In this document: positions 51,463 through 64,000 of the stretch, in pieces
Layout: each line of letters starts with the position of its first letter
How positions within the stretch are numbered: position 1 is the first letter of the stretch
Assembly (NCBI RefSeq): GCF_036321535.1
Contig: NC_087436.1
Coordinates: 98,706,001 to 98,770,000 of the forward strand
DNA length: 64,000 nucleotides
Reading direction: 5' to 3'
From: Camelus dromedarius
Taxonomy: Eukaryota
The notes under the pieces: generated by a model
Database searches by the model: none
What the model saw: only the letters and a program-made list of their open reading frames with translations
What the model was told of the DNA's origin: nothing
Program-made: the position numbers and the translations under genes

Positions 51463-53509
51463 TAAATAACAGGTTTTTGCCTTAGGTTGAATACTTTGTT
51501 TCATCTCTTATATAGTCTATCCTAATGGTAGAGCTTTAAGAGAAGTGAAGTAAGCAGGATTCTAAAACAGCTGCCGAGATTCCCAACCTCCTGGTGAGTA
51601 CGCCTGGTACAATCCCCCTGTGACAGCAAAATGCATCGGCAAACCAGAAGCATCATGGGCTCCTCTGGAAAACATATGCAGTGTAGGCTTACTGGATTAT
51701 AATATAGGGCAGAAGGGGGCAAATATAAGACGTAAGGGAAGATGAAGACCAGTTAATAAAGGGCTTTGTGTGCCCTAGGAGGAGGTAACATTTTATTCCA
51801 CAGTCAATGGGAATAGTAGGAAGCACAAAAACTAAGACTAGAGCGGGGAGTAGTAATTAATCTTTCTCAGCTATGGTCCTGCTTGCACTTTATGTTATCA
51901 AGTCTGCTGGTCCTGTTCAGCTTCAACATGATATCGTAAGACAGTTTTGTCACCCTGCGGGCTCTATGGTGAGAATGAGAATCAATAGGCACAAAATCTT
52001 AGAAGAGGAGAAATTCTGAAAATTTTAGCTGTGGTATTTAAATGCATATTCATGATCATAAAAATGAAGTTATTACTGAAATGTGAAAAATTACATGTAA
52101 TTACTAAGCCGTGTGTTAGTTAGACCCTGAAAATCTAGGTTTATGTTGTACACTGAAGAATAGTATAAGAATGGGTAATATATTTCAATGGAAAAGAAGT
52201 AAAAATCTGTCCACTTAAACCAACTTAAACTAGTAATTTATTTGGAAAGCACACATATCATAGGCTCTTGACTCAGAAAGTGTTGTATTTCAATTCTTCA
52301 TTTTATAAGTTGCCATCTATGAGATCATAGGAAAAATATGTAAGTGCTCCTAACTTGTTTTATTTTTCCTTTTAAGAATAACAGGAAACTATGGTTTCCC
52401 ATATTTAAACCATTGACCTAATACTTGACAAAAACTACAATCAATATTTGTTTTCATCCAAACATCAAAATCATACCACAGAGCCTATTAATTGTTTTAA
52501 TACAGTTAAGAGCTTTCAAAGGAAAGTCGCTTTTGGACTAAAGTCATATTTAGTAAGCAAGCTTCTCTTTATTACTTGAGTTTATTTAATTTTAGGCTAG
52601 AAACAGTTTATATAAATTTGTATCAGAAGTATTACTTGAGTGTTAAACATAATGTTGCAAAGATGACGAGCTGACTCTACCATCAGCTCAGAATGTTCAT
52701 ATCACATATAAAGCATCTATAAGAGCAGTTCCTTTCTATGGCTGTGGATGTTGAAGCAAGTGGACGTTGTGACTGGACCTGAATGAGTCAAAGAGCAAGA
52801 GTGACAAATCCAGGATGAAGGCCAGAGCAGTTTCAAACTTAATCCACTGCTCCGTACAGTGAACCATGTGATTTTTGAAGAACCTTGATGATTCCATGGG
52901 AGCTTATGTTATGCTAGCTGATGTAACTGATGCTGCATAAAAGACAAAAATACTAATAGCTCAGCACTCTACAGATCTGCAGGCACTGCATCCTCCTGGA
53001 TAATTGCATGAGCAAAGAGAGAAAGACATAGCTTCCTCCTCGCTTCCTCCTTAAAAAGATAAAGGAACAAAAAAAATCAGTCTTTTCATAAATAAAACTA
53101 AATATAGCATTTTTCAAGCTTACTTTTAAAATTGAGCTTATAAATTCAGAGATAGTTTTTAATTATTGCATTTTAAAAATTGCAAACTCATTGCATTTAA
53201 GTGATTAAATATATTTGTCTTCTAGAAAAAGTAGGCAACAGCACACACAGACATATATCTTGAAGTTATCCTGTATGTCTTTGCTGTTCTTTGCACTCAG
53301 TTATTTCTGACATCTATTGGGAATGCACATGCTCCTAAATTATACTAAAAGCATAGTGTTTGGAAATCAAATTTTGGTAGCTGCGGTTATCTGTTTAATT
53401 TTGGAAACATAGGGTATATATAGTGTTTGTAAAATACAATACAAATATTTAAGGAGTTAAAGATATTTACAAGTAAAGATAGAAATCTGAAAAATTTTAT
53501 AAGAAAGTA

Positions 53510-53592
53510 AATGAATATGTGTGTATATTCATAACTGGGTCGCTGTGCTGTACACAAGAAATTGACACATTTTAACTGATGGTACTTCAATA
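53510..53592 (+). mobile_element. Very short young LINE-1 3' tail
   Basis: CTGTGCTGTACACAAGAAATTGACACATTTTAACTGATGGTACTTCAATAAAA, with flanks AAGAAAGTA/AAAAAAGTA. Confidence 0.8.
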
Positions 53593-54489
53593 AAAAAAGT
53601 AGTTAAAAAGTATGACATTGTAGATGAAATGCATGTAACTAAGAATAGTTTACAGATCTTTTCAGAAAACATATGTAAGTATTTCTGAGAGTGAACAGAA
53701 TTAGTGATGACAAAAGGAATCATTAATACATACAATTGCAGAAGTTTGAGTCGTTATCACAAGAATCATTTTTAGAAAAATGTGGAACACAGAGGGAAAG
53801 AGTAGAAGTGTCATTTGACTCAATCTGATTTTTACAATGTAGAGAACCTGATGATCCATTGAACAATTTGGTTTCCAAAACTATTAGTCATAAAAATTAA
53901 TCATCATGACTTTGTTGCTAAATATAGTGCTTAATCAGTGTAGGTGTGAAATGTATTGATTTTTTTTTCAATAGGTGTATTTAGTGGATTATTTACACTA
54001 GCTATTTTGACAAAATAAGTTCAAATAACCTGAGATTTATATTTAGCACTGAACCATCAGCTGTTTTACAAAGATAAACACATAAAACTAGTTATTTTGG
54101 AATCAAGGTCTATTAAGTATCTTTTTCAACTTTACTTCTGTGAAATGTCTTCAGGTGCTGTAAACTATGCTGATTAATTTGTTTAGTCACTCTAACAGAA
54201 TGTCTGAAACAGCACCAGGATTCAGGTATAAATTTAGCAAAATCTTTGTAAATTTACATTGAATTATTTAATATGATTAAAAAATCTAAAGATGTACAGT
54301 TATCTGCATATTTTAAAGTAACAATTCTAGATTGATTAATTAATTAGATTAATTTCAAGTAAGAATTTTTGTTGTGTCGATGGTGGACTACGTTTCTTCT
54401 TAGAAAGAGATCATCCAAAAGGATTTGCACTCATCACAGGAAAAGTTTAAAACTCCAAGGGGGGTGAGAAAAAAACAACGTCATGATTT

Positions 54490-55330
54490 AGAAGGGCTAC
54501 TTGAGTTTCCTTTGTCCCAGGCACAGAAAACATATCAGTAAACAAATGTGCCAAGAATCTTCTTGCCTGGAGGTCTTTTTTTATGCTCTTGTGCCCAGTT
54601 AACTATTGCCATCTACTCATCACTCTTGTCTTACTTGAACTCTCCCTTCCACAGTGAGGACTCATCTAAATATCACATATGTTTGTGACATCCCATGCTA
54701 CAAATTTATAGCACTTACTTTTCTTTTGTGATTATGCAATTTGGTAGGATTATTTAATATCCCCCTACCTGTTATCTGTAAGATCCATGAAGGCAATAAC
54801 CCTGCCCATTTGCTCTTCATTGGATGTCACAGAATAGACCATAGGTTTAATGTATATCTGTCTATAAAATAAATACTTCTTATATGAATAAAAAAAGAAC
54901 ATGGAAAGTTTTCTACATAGAATCAAAGTAAATTTGCTAATCGCAAGGATAATAAATAACAAAATTTATATTCAGACCCAGTCTCTTACTAAAAATTCAC
55001 TATTTGTCTCTATGTTCACATACCTATATTACAAGTAGCAGCATGTAGTTGGATAAAACTCATGTGAAAAGACAGGAATGTGAGGATGGTGGAAGATAAG
55101 GTCACAGATGATTTTAAAAGTCTCTGTAAAGGAAGAAGTCAGAGTTAGCTCTGAGATTTTGATTCATGGGCATTCCTTCCATCGACAGAAACAGAAACAC
55201 ATGGGATTAAGAATAGACTCAGGAGTGTTTTAAAATGAGTTTCAATTTGGATTGTTTTGGAAAAAAATTGTGCTGGGTTTGTTACAAATCTCTAACATGC
55301 AACTGCAGATGTGGAACTGTAATTCATGGA
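54490..55330. mobile_element. LINE-2 fragments in mixed orientation
   Basis: CTGTAAGATCCATGAAGGCA...TGCTCTTCATTGGATGTC (sense) and GCTACTTGAG...TGTCCCAGGCAC (antisense). Confidence 0.5.
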
Positions 55331-56611
55331 ATGAGAGAGAGAGAAAGACAGTGAGAGAGAGGGAGAGGGGGAGAGAGAGAGAGCTGATTTACGAATTTAG
55401 TCAAAAGCACAAACAGTAACAGCACCATCCCGTTGTGTCAGAGTCATTCTCCCTTGGTTGTAAGAACAGAAAACTGGGGAGTGACTGTTGGTCCTTGGCA
55501 AAATGCCTGGGAGCCTGAATGGCTAGGCATTTTCAGAATAACAGAAAGTAATCCTAGTTTATCAAAATTACATAAAACTGAAAATCCTAATGGGGGTGGC
55601 ACACCTTCTTGTGATTTGTCACCTGAGCCTAGATCATAAAAAAACCCATAAAGTCAAAAGTCAAAACATGACACTGAACAGTTTAGATATGGCTCAAGAA
55701 ATTCTACCAAATAGATGACTTTTGAAATTATAAAATTGAAGCACATGAATAAAATAAAAGTAGTGAGCATGAAGGCTTTAATAAAACTAGTTTGACTTGG
55801 CATGTCATAAATGTCGAAAGAGGCATCCAAAGACATTTATTACTAAAGCCCTACAGCTCAAATAAAATCTGCTACCTATTGGTCTTTGAACAAAAGTAAA
55901 GAAGAAAAAAATAGTAAATGCAATTCCAGCTATACTGGAGTCATAGATTATAACAAAATAAAAAAAGCTTTCCTTACCTATTATTTCCAAGTAGAAATGT
56001 GGGGACAAAAGAGATCTTTGTTATTTCTTTGTGCTCTGAAGAAAGACACTGTCTGCAGTATGTTATAGCTTGTCATATTTGTAGCACAATACCTCTGGGG
56101 TGTCAAGAATATATAATCTGGAAAGGGGTAAATGGGCATCCTTTTTTTGATACATTAAGAAAATGACGCTATATGTTAAGCTTTCCAATAGTTAATGTCA
56201 CATAGTGTGCTTTTACTTCTCGATTTGGCAATGAGAAGATGGAGAAATGAGGAGTTTTGATAAATCTCCATGTAAGTATGACACAGTTTTCAACTCTACT
56301 TTTTGTATTCCTGTGGGTAAAATAGAATAATATAGTGGACGGTGGATGCACCCCAAGAAGAAAATCACCTACTACAGAATTCCATCGAAGACTTTACCAA
56401 GACTAATGCCAAATGTGCTTCTTGCAAATGGGTGTTTGATGTGAAAAGTAAATGAAGACAGTGTGAAGACAGTCTCTTTATGTGTGAAGTTCTGTTTTGT
56501 TTTGTTTTAGCCATTCCAATAGAATACCTCTGTTACTGTTAACCTGTAGCTATCTTCAGCTAAATAATTAGAAAATATCTTTTTCTTCCTTTTGTCTTTT
56601 GCATCAGTTTC

Positions 56612-57745
56612 TCCAAAAGATATTATATCAATATTAGTTGATCAATCTCTGCCTGATTATTACTAAGAATAATAGTATTATTCCAGACAAGAACCCTTAG
56701 TTTAAATACTAACATGGTTACAGTACTAGAAAAGATCTACAATTTTCTGAGTATAGTTATTGCATGACTTTTGCAACATGCAATATTTATGCATTACAAC
56801 ATTTGTAATAAAAAAACTAAATATATCTTTATTTCTCCAAAATTACATCTTTAAGTTGGTTGTCATTAACTGAACAAATTATTCGCCAATTTTAATGCAT
56901 CTTCCCTTCTCAATATTACAGTGAATGCTCTTCCATCTCCCTTATATCAAGTGCTAGAATTTGTTTCAGTGGAAATGTTTGAACCACATATAAAAATGTC
57001 TGTAACTATCCTATTCAAAACTTCACCATAGAAAGTTGAGTTTATTGCTTAGATTGAAAAGTACTATGCGAGATCTACAACTTACTTTTGGAAAATCTGT
57101 GGCTAAAGTTGGTAAACTTAAAATAACATAAGGAGACACACTGCTTTTTGACAAAGAAATATCCATTATCCCTTTTAATCTTAATAATAGTACTCCAATA
57201 TTTTGGGAGGCAGCTTTATGCCCAGTTGAAAATACTGACCATCCTAGATTTGCTTGAGGCTTATGATGACCCTGAGACTCAGTTCTGGCCAATGAAATGT
57301 AATTGAAACTAAAAGGAAATGTTTCTTGAACAAGTTTCCAAAAGTCATGTTCTATTGTTCATTTTTTCTTACCTTATTTTACAACCTAAAAATGAAAGCT
57401 GTTTCTTAAAGATAATTGAGCATAAGTATACAGGGTGTTTTCATATCATATGGCACCATGCAGCAGTTGCACCAACACAGAATTGCCAAACAATATGGTA
57501 TTTCATCAAAAGGAAAAAAAGTCATATTTACTTTAAATGATGTAGTGGTTGCATAAAAAGGAATTCAAGTCAAACTGATAAATCTAAATTATTCCATTTC
57601 AATCTCAAAGCAATTCTTTGAGGAAGGGGTATATCACAGTTATAACAATTTGAATTTCAGTAAGTTTTAGGAAAGTTGAGTATCTGTTTTATCCAAAAGG
57701 TATTATATCAATATTAGCTGATCAATCTCTGCCTGATTATTACTA
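56612..57745 (+). repeat. Dispersed 54-bp direct repeat (56612-56665 and 57692-57745)
   Basis: TCCAAAAG(A/G)TATTATATCAATATTAG(T/C)TGATCAATCTCTGCCTGATTATTACTA; 52/54 identical, offset 1080 bp. Confidence 0.95.
57170..57545 (+). mobile_element. Old MLT1 (H/I/J-like) MaLR LTR
   Basis: GACTCAGTTCTGGCCAATGAAATGTAA is a conserved old-MLT1 motif. Confidence 0.6.
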
Positions 57746-58284
57746 TCAAAATCTACCAAAGTCTTAGTACCCCAGGATCTGTGAAAATATTTGCCAGTTA
57801 AGCTCACTGATATTTGAAGTTACTTAAGTAAAACTAAAACTTCACTTTGTTTTATAATAACCATTAAATTTCTTCCATATTTTCCTACTTTATAATTAAA
57901 AATGAAAAGAATTCTTTCTAATTTGAATTTGAATTTGAAGTCTTTCTATCTGAAATGAAAATTTCCAAATGTATCAGAAATAGTGAAATCCATCAGATAA
58001 TTTTGAGAATTCAAAAATCATAGCTAGTATAGATAAATGAATTTTCATAAACTATTGATAATAATTTTACATAAAATTTACATGAAATAGAACTCTACTT
58101 AGTTTAGATTTCTTTTAAATTCTTTGTGGCCAAAGTTTAAAAAAAAGTGATAATATCCAAAATAACAACTTAATATATTTATGTTTTTTAGAGAACTTGT
58201 GCAAAATGTTAGCATGTTAAAATATGATTTTTGACAGTTTCATGAATTAAATGTGAAAAAACATTATAAAAACTAATTATATTT

Positions 58285-58455
58285 GTATATATTATTTATA
58301 CAGATCTCTATATATCTATATTATATATAATATAGCTATCTATATGTAATATAGATAATATGTATGTGATATAGATCTCTTTATTCATCTATATTATAGG
58401 TTATTATAGATATATGGGTAAATATATAGATATATATATAATAGATTGATATAAA
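58285..58455. repeat. (TA)-rich low-complexity tract
   Basis: Directly visible. Confidence 0.8.
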
Positions 58456-58499
58456 CACACATTTTAATTCTGAGTTCCCTGTCTTGTTGAGAGTTTCTT

Positions 58500-58960
58500 C
58501 TTCTTAAACCTTTGTGCATACATATACTATCCTAAATTTTATTTTAAGCCTGCTAATTGTTAATGGCTGCTGTTAATGTGATTTAATCCATTAATCTATT
58601 AAGAATTTATTTTCAATGTACAGTGTACAGACCCAAATTTATTTTTTCAAGATTCATAATCAGTTGTGCCAGCATATTTTATTAAATAAAACTTTATTTT
58701 CCACTGAATTAAAATAATCAACTTTGTCATGCATGTATATGTGAGCATACATTTGGGGGATTTCTATTTTGTTGCATTAGTATATCTGTCAGTTCTATAA
58801 CAGTACAGCATAGTTTTTTGTCAGTGACTTTATATTATATTTTAATATATGGTAAATCTGGGGTAGCCTTTGACTAGTCTTTTTTTAATACTTTTAATGG
58901 TCATTCTGTAACCTTTTATTTATTTCTTGCATGAAAAATTAAGATACTTATCCAATTCTG
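58500..58960 (-). mobile_element. Old LINE-1 ORF2 fragment
   Basis: CAGTTGTGCCAGCATATTTTATTAAATAAA and TTCTATTTTGTTGCATTAG...CAGTACAGCATAGTTTT. Confidence 0.7.
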
Positions 58961-59223
58961 ATACACTGGTATTTAACTGGAGTTACAGGAACTAATAAAC
59001 CTGTAATACCAAAAATTATACTAGAAATACCTAAGGAAAGTAAATTGATGTGTTCCAGATCAGTTACAGCCCTTAAAATATTACTTGAAATTTTGCATAG
59101 CTAGGGCTGTTAATAATTCCAAATTAAATTTTTTTCTTCATTACTTTCTATAAATGAAAATAACAAAACTTACTATTATTGAAATCAAGTTTTACTTTCT
59201 GGTAATTAGCATCTCCTGGTAAA

Positions 59224-59256
<33 letters not shown>

Positions 59257-59587
59257 CCTAAATAGCCAATATTTGAACCTATCCACATAAAAGTGATCAC
59301 AATTATTGTGTAGAGGTTTTTAAACCTGGTATATTGAGGAAATGAACATTTCCAAACTTTCAACATCTCCTTCAACTCTATAATTTTAGGTCCTAAGTAC
59401 ATAGCTAGTATTCCCCAACATACTTTGTGGTATGAAGACAGAATTTTTTTAAAATGCGTATTTTCCTTCCCCCTAATAAACTTAAAACAAAAAGACATTG
59501 CAAATATGTGTAGAGAACTTTATAATAAACATAAATCAATTTTATTGAATTTCACATTTTGAGACCATTTAAAAATTGTGTCTTACA

Positions 59588-59983
59588 CTGGTATATATAA
59601 AATAGATAAACAAGTTTATACTGTACAGCACAGGAAGATATATTCAATGTCTTGTAGTAGCTCACAGTGAAAAAGAATATGGAAACAAATATAAGTATGT
59701 TCATGTATGACTGAAGCAATGTGCTGTACACCAGAAATTGACACATTGTAAACTGACTATACTTCAATAAAAAAATTTTTTTAAATAAACAATAAGGACA
59801 TACTGTGTAGCATATGGAACTATATTAAATTTCTTGTAATAACATATAATAGAAATAAATCTGAAAAGAAAAAATATATCTATGTATGTATATGTATAAC
59901 TGAATTACTTTGCTGTACACCTGAAACTAACATTGTAAATCAACTACATTTCAATAGAATTTTTTTAAATGCAAAAAAAAAAA
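59588..59983 (+). mobile_element. Two head-to-tail LINE-1 3' tails of different subfamilies
   Basis: Copy 1 ends GCTGTACACCAGAAATTGACACATTGTAAACTGACTATACTTCAATAAAA. Copy 2 ends GCTGTACACCTGAAACTAACATTGTAAATCAACTACATTTCAATA followed by poly(A). Confidence 0.88.
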
Positions 59984-61984
59984 TTCTTATACGCACCATT
60001 ATTGAAAACATTGTTAAACACATGTTTTGCATTTAAAGATTTACATGGGACTTTTTCCTTAACATTTCTGGAAAATAATTATGTCATATGAGTATAGACT
60101 TAACTTGTGTACCAGGAAACTCAGAGTAAACCTTCTACCTCAGTTTCCTATTCTTTTCTTCAGACTTCTTTTTTATAAAATTGCTTTTTTAAAAAAGTTA
60201 TGTTGCCTCAAATTATTTTCAGAAATAGTTGACAAGTTAGAAATAAATAGATAGGTAAAACAAGTGAACAACCAATTATCAAATGGCAGGGTTACTAGGA
60301 ACCCCTGTATTATTGCATCCCTTCTGATGCTGGTATATAACACATTAGGTTGGACGGACTTATGTGTGATTAGGAAAGGGTCTAAATGCTTAGTAAGGAA
60401 ACATGTCTCTGGTTCTCTTGCAATTTCCTGTTGCCATTGGTAACCAAGCAATGAGAGATTTAAGTATTAAAAGTTTAAAACAGGGCTCCTAGGAGCAAAA
60501 TGCCCAGGCCCTTGCTGACGATTTTGATGATTCCTCTTAAGGAGGTAAAATTGCAATATGTTATTTAGCTTCATTTTCTTAGCCAACATCTAAGAAAATA
60601 TTTATATTTTTCTCTAACTCAAAAACAGAGAAATTCAGCAATTGATTACTGTTTTAAATACTTTTATTTATGTAAACTAATTGACTCTTTCATTAACCAA
60701 CTTTATCTGAAAGTTCAAGATTTACTAGAATTTGTAGAAACCCAGAATATTCTTGCAAAAAAACTGCCCATTCAGCCTTAATATGATTCTTACTTTTACA
60801 AAAGTTTAAATGTCTTTTGATCAACTTGGGAATAGAGTTCTGAAAGTTTTTTTTTAAAACTGATTTTATATTATCTCAAAGAAAAGAATGATTGTGAACA
60901 CTGTATTTTTTTCCCCAAAATTAAAATCTGAAATGTACTACTTAAAATTATCTGATCTAAGAAAAATTGAATTCAAAGTGACTTAAAAGATATGCAGTAT
61001 GAGTTTATATGAATTTTTCTATATTTCTTTGTGTCAAATAATACTGAATAAACATATTTATTCTGATCTATCCAGCCAAATGACTTCCACTAAATCAATA
61101 TACTGGTAGCAATCCCTAAGTTTCCAATGATTTCTCAGAACATCTGGTAGAGTTGAAAACACATATATGCCAATTTCAATTTATGTACATCCTAGATTAC
61201 TGTATAAATCTGGGAATTGGTAAATACTTAATCCTTACATTTAATTGTGTAAAATCTTTCATGATTAGGGCTTAGCACATCAATTAACAACAGTTACCCT
61301 GAAAATATAAAGTAAAGACAAAAAATGAAGAACTTTTCCAGAATTCTAAGACCAATGTCCTTTTTCTTGTCAGAATCTCTTTCAACAAAATAATAAATTA
61401 ATACATTCAAATGTACCTCCACTACTTTTCCTCTCCCTAGAGAAAGAATCTTTTGTGCGAATTCAAAGCCCACTTACCATAGATGCTTGGTTATTTTAAT
61501 ACCATCCATTCCATGATTTAAGTCAAAAGACAAAACGCCTTTAGGAGTGATAGAACTTTGAAATAAATTCACGTGAAGGGATCATCAAATATCTTATGAA
61601 AATCACATGGGTAGAATAGAATTCAAGAAAACTAGAGATTAATTACCTTTGAAATGTGGTGATAGGGGCAAAGAAAGAGAAGGCAATTGCTGCTGGCCTC
61701 TATTTATTTAGCTTATATTTTTCCTAGACTTGGTTTCCTTCTTTGTGGCATTTGTGCATTTATGTCTCTGTGTGGTGTCCTATAGAAGGAGGATTTCTAT
61801 GTACATATGTATACAATTATGGAAGGTATCTGGAAGGAACACAGGAGCCAAAAAAAAAAAAAAAAAAAGGTTTGCTTCATTCAATCCCTGCCCTTAATTG
61901 ATAACACATTTTTGTCAAGTAGTCAACACATGATGAGAGAATCGTTCAGAAGTACACCACAGTGCAAACAGAAAAGGTCGTCTT

Positions 61985-62285
61985 TAATTCATTCATTCAT
62001 TCTTCATTTATTCAGCTAGTCGTTTGTTCAACAAATACTTATTTTGTGCCTCTTCTGCATAGAAACTAGAAGTGGAATGGTGAGTTAAAATGACATGTTT
62101 CTTGTTTTTGTAGAATTTGATGGAGGAGGTAATTATAATAAAGCAGCCATAGGCATACTGTAGGTGTATAATTCCCGTCTGTGATCATTGCTACAAAGAT
62201 AAGGTAGAGAATGAAAGTTTATCAAAGTTCATGACTTAGACCAGATAACTAAAATTTCAGCTGACATTTGAAAGATTAGAAGTTA
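61985..62285 (-). mobile_element. LINE-2 3' end
   Basis: (TTCA)n followed by TTCAACAAATACTTATT. Confidence 0.75.
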
Positions 62286-62739
62286 TTTCCTTTTGTCTTT
62301 AAATAGGTGAGAGCTGAAAATGCAGAGGTTTAATGCCAGGATTTCTTTTCGGAATCAAGGGAGATTCAGATTAATTTATTTCATTGCAACGTGGGAAAGC
62401 TAGGGCACTGGAGCACTGCACACGTGCTGGGTTAATTTCTTTGGGCAGGCTGCGACAAGTCCATTAGAGAGGATTTGTCTTTCCTGCGTCCCTTTCCCTT
62501 TTCTTTTCTTGTATGTTTTGTTCTCCCAGTAGCCAACTTTCTAAGACTTTCATCTAATCTCCCAGCTTCAACAGTTATCCCCATATGGTTGATTCTTAAA
62601 TCTATTTTTTCAGCCCAAACCAATCTCTGTGATTTCAGCCTTAAATGTACTCTTTCCTGATAGCTGTTTTTACTGATACCCTGATCTTTCCTTAAGTATA
62701 ATATATCTGATGAAAGCATCTCATTTTTCCCTTCATTCT

Positions 62740-62912
62740 CTCTCTCTTTTTTTAAAAAAAATCATTTTTTATAGCAGGGAAGAAGTTAATTAGTTTGTTG
62801 TTATTTATTTGTTTGTTTGTTTCTTTGTTTGTTTATTAATGGAGGTACTGGGAATTGAACCCAGGACCCTGTGCATGCTAAGCAAACACTCTACCAGTGA
62901 GGTATACCCTCC
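62740..62912 (-). mobile_element. tRNA-derived SINE (camelid vic-1 type)
   Basis: Minus strand GGAGGGTATACCTCACTGGTAGAGTGTTTGCTTAGCATGCACAGGGTCCTGGGTTCAATTCCCAGTACCTCC with an (AAAC)n tail. Approximate TSD TCCCTTCA..TCT at 62728 and 62913. Confidence 0.88.
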
Positions 62913-63079
62913 TCCCTTCACCTTCTATTCTTATTCCTGATGATTGTCTTACAGCTCTGAGCCTGGAAATTTTAGGATAACTTTGGTTCCTCTCATAATT
63001 ATTTACCCATTTATTCATTTATTCATTCTCTTCCCTGCTTCTCTGTGTGTGTGTGTGATGTGTGTGTATGCATCTAGGT

Positions 63080-64000
63080 GTGTTGTTTCCTTGACTTTTT
63101 GTTACGATTTTCCAACTATGTGTACAACCTCTATCAACATAATACAGATTTTTGTTTTTGTTTGTTTGGGGTTAACTTTTACATAAATGGAATCATACCA
63201 AGTATATTCATTTAATATTTATACAGTGTGTTGGGTGTATTTCTTTTTCATTTTCTTTGCAGTATATAATTATATAAATATACTGTGTCTAAAATTATTA
63301 GACCTTTGAGTTATTTCCAGTGTATGACTATGACAAATAATACTGCAAGGGTTATTTTTGTAAATGTATCTTGGGGCGCATATGATGGAAATGTCCTTAT
63401 GTGTGCAATCCAAAATGTTAGCCAGTAGTTATATATGGCTGAATAGCATTTGAAATGTGGTTAATGTAACTGAGGAGTTAAATTTTTAGTTTGATTTTAT
63501 TTCAATTTGAATTTAAATTACCATGCGTAGCTACTGGCTACTGTATTGGACAGTGTAGATCTGTGGCAAATAGCTAGGAGCAGAATTTCTGGGTCATATG
63601 ATATGTTCATCTTCAAATTTTAAAGATAATGCCACACAATTTTCCAAAATTGTTGCAAAATTTTTCTCAATAGTGTAAGAAAATATGTATTAGTTAGCAT
63701 CCTTGCCAACACTAAGCATTGTCAAACTTTCACATTTTTCACAATCTGATCAGTATAAAATGATATTTTATTAAGGTTTAGTTTGCATTTGCTGATTATT
63801 AATGAATTGAATATTGATTTCATATTGTTATTAATTTTCTTAAATGTGTTTATGAGTATGTGTGTGTTCACATGCATGTGTATACATGGGTTGCCTGTTA
63901 AATAGTTTGCTTATCTTCCTCTTCAATTGTCTAGCTTTTTTCCCCAAAAGGTGCATGTTCCTATATATTCTAGAATTAGTTCTTTCTTTTTGGGGAGGAG
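63080..64000 (-). mobile_element. L1ME-like 3' region, interrupted by MER3
   Basis: ACATAAATGGAATCATAC, AGCTAGGAGCAGAATTTCTGGGTCATATG and CATCCTTGCCAACACT. Confidence 0.8.
63382..63558 (+). mobile_element. MER3-like hAT-Charlie DNA transposon
   Basis: TGATGGAAATGT...TTGAAATGTGGTTAATGTAACTGAGGAG...TGGCTACTGTATTGGACAGTGTAG, with an internal palindromic arrangement. Confidence 0.85.

Noticed and set aside
56612..57745. Direct repeats as a CRISPR array or the LTR pair of a small retroelement
   Set aside because: Only two copies, mammalian context, no TG...CA ends, PBS, PPT or TSD, and the spacer contains ancient repeat DNA.

Overview
This is AT-rich, repeat-dense, non-coding mammalian DNA, either a gene desert or a very large intron. 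It is most likely camelid: there are two vic-1-type tRNA-derived SINEs and young artiodactyl-type L1 tails, and I saw no Alu, Bov-tA/BovB, PRE-1 or CAN-SINE. I found no protein-coding gene, RNA gene or CRISPR array. Nearly all ORF-track ORFs are spurious, and the only recognisable peptides are decayed ERV-L gag/RT and L1 ORF2 remnants. The window holds an ERV-L provirus end with its MLT2 LTR, a second ERV-L-class gag-pro-RT remnant, about a dozen solo LTRs or LTR fragments (several with intact TSDs, one nested in another), many L1/L2/MIR fragments, a MER3 transposon and microsatellites. The most notable observations are two tiny TSD-flanked, 5'-inverted (twin-priming) L1 insertions, an unexplained 54-bp near-perfect duplication 1080 bp apart, and several repeat-free, CpG-retaining, motif-dense islands that look like conserved enhancers. 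I see no convincing evidence for a new biological system. Repeat family names come from memory of consensus sequences and need RepeatMasker/Dfam confirmation. Boundaries without TSDs are approximate.
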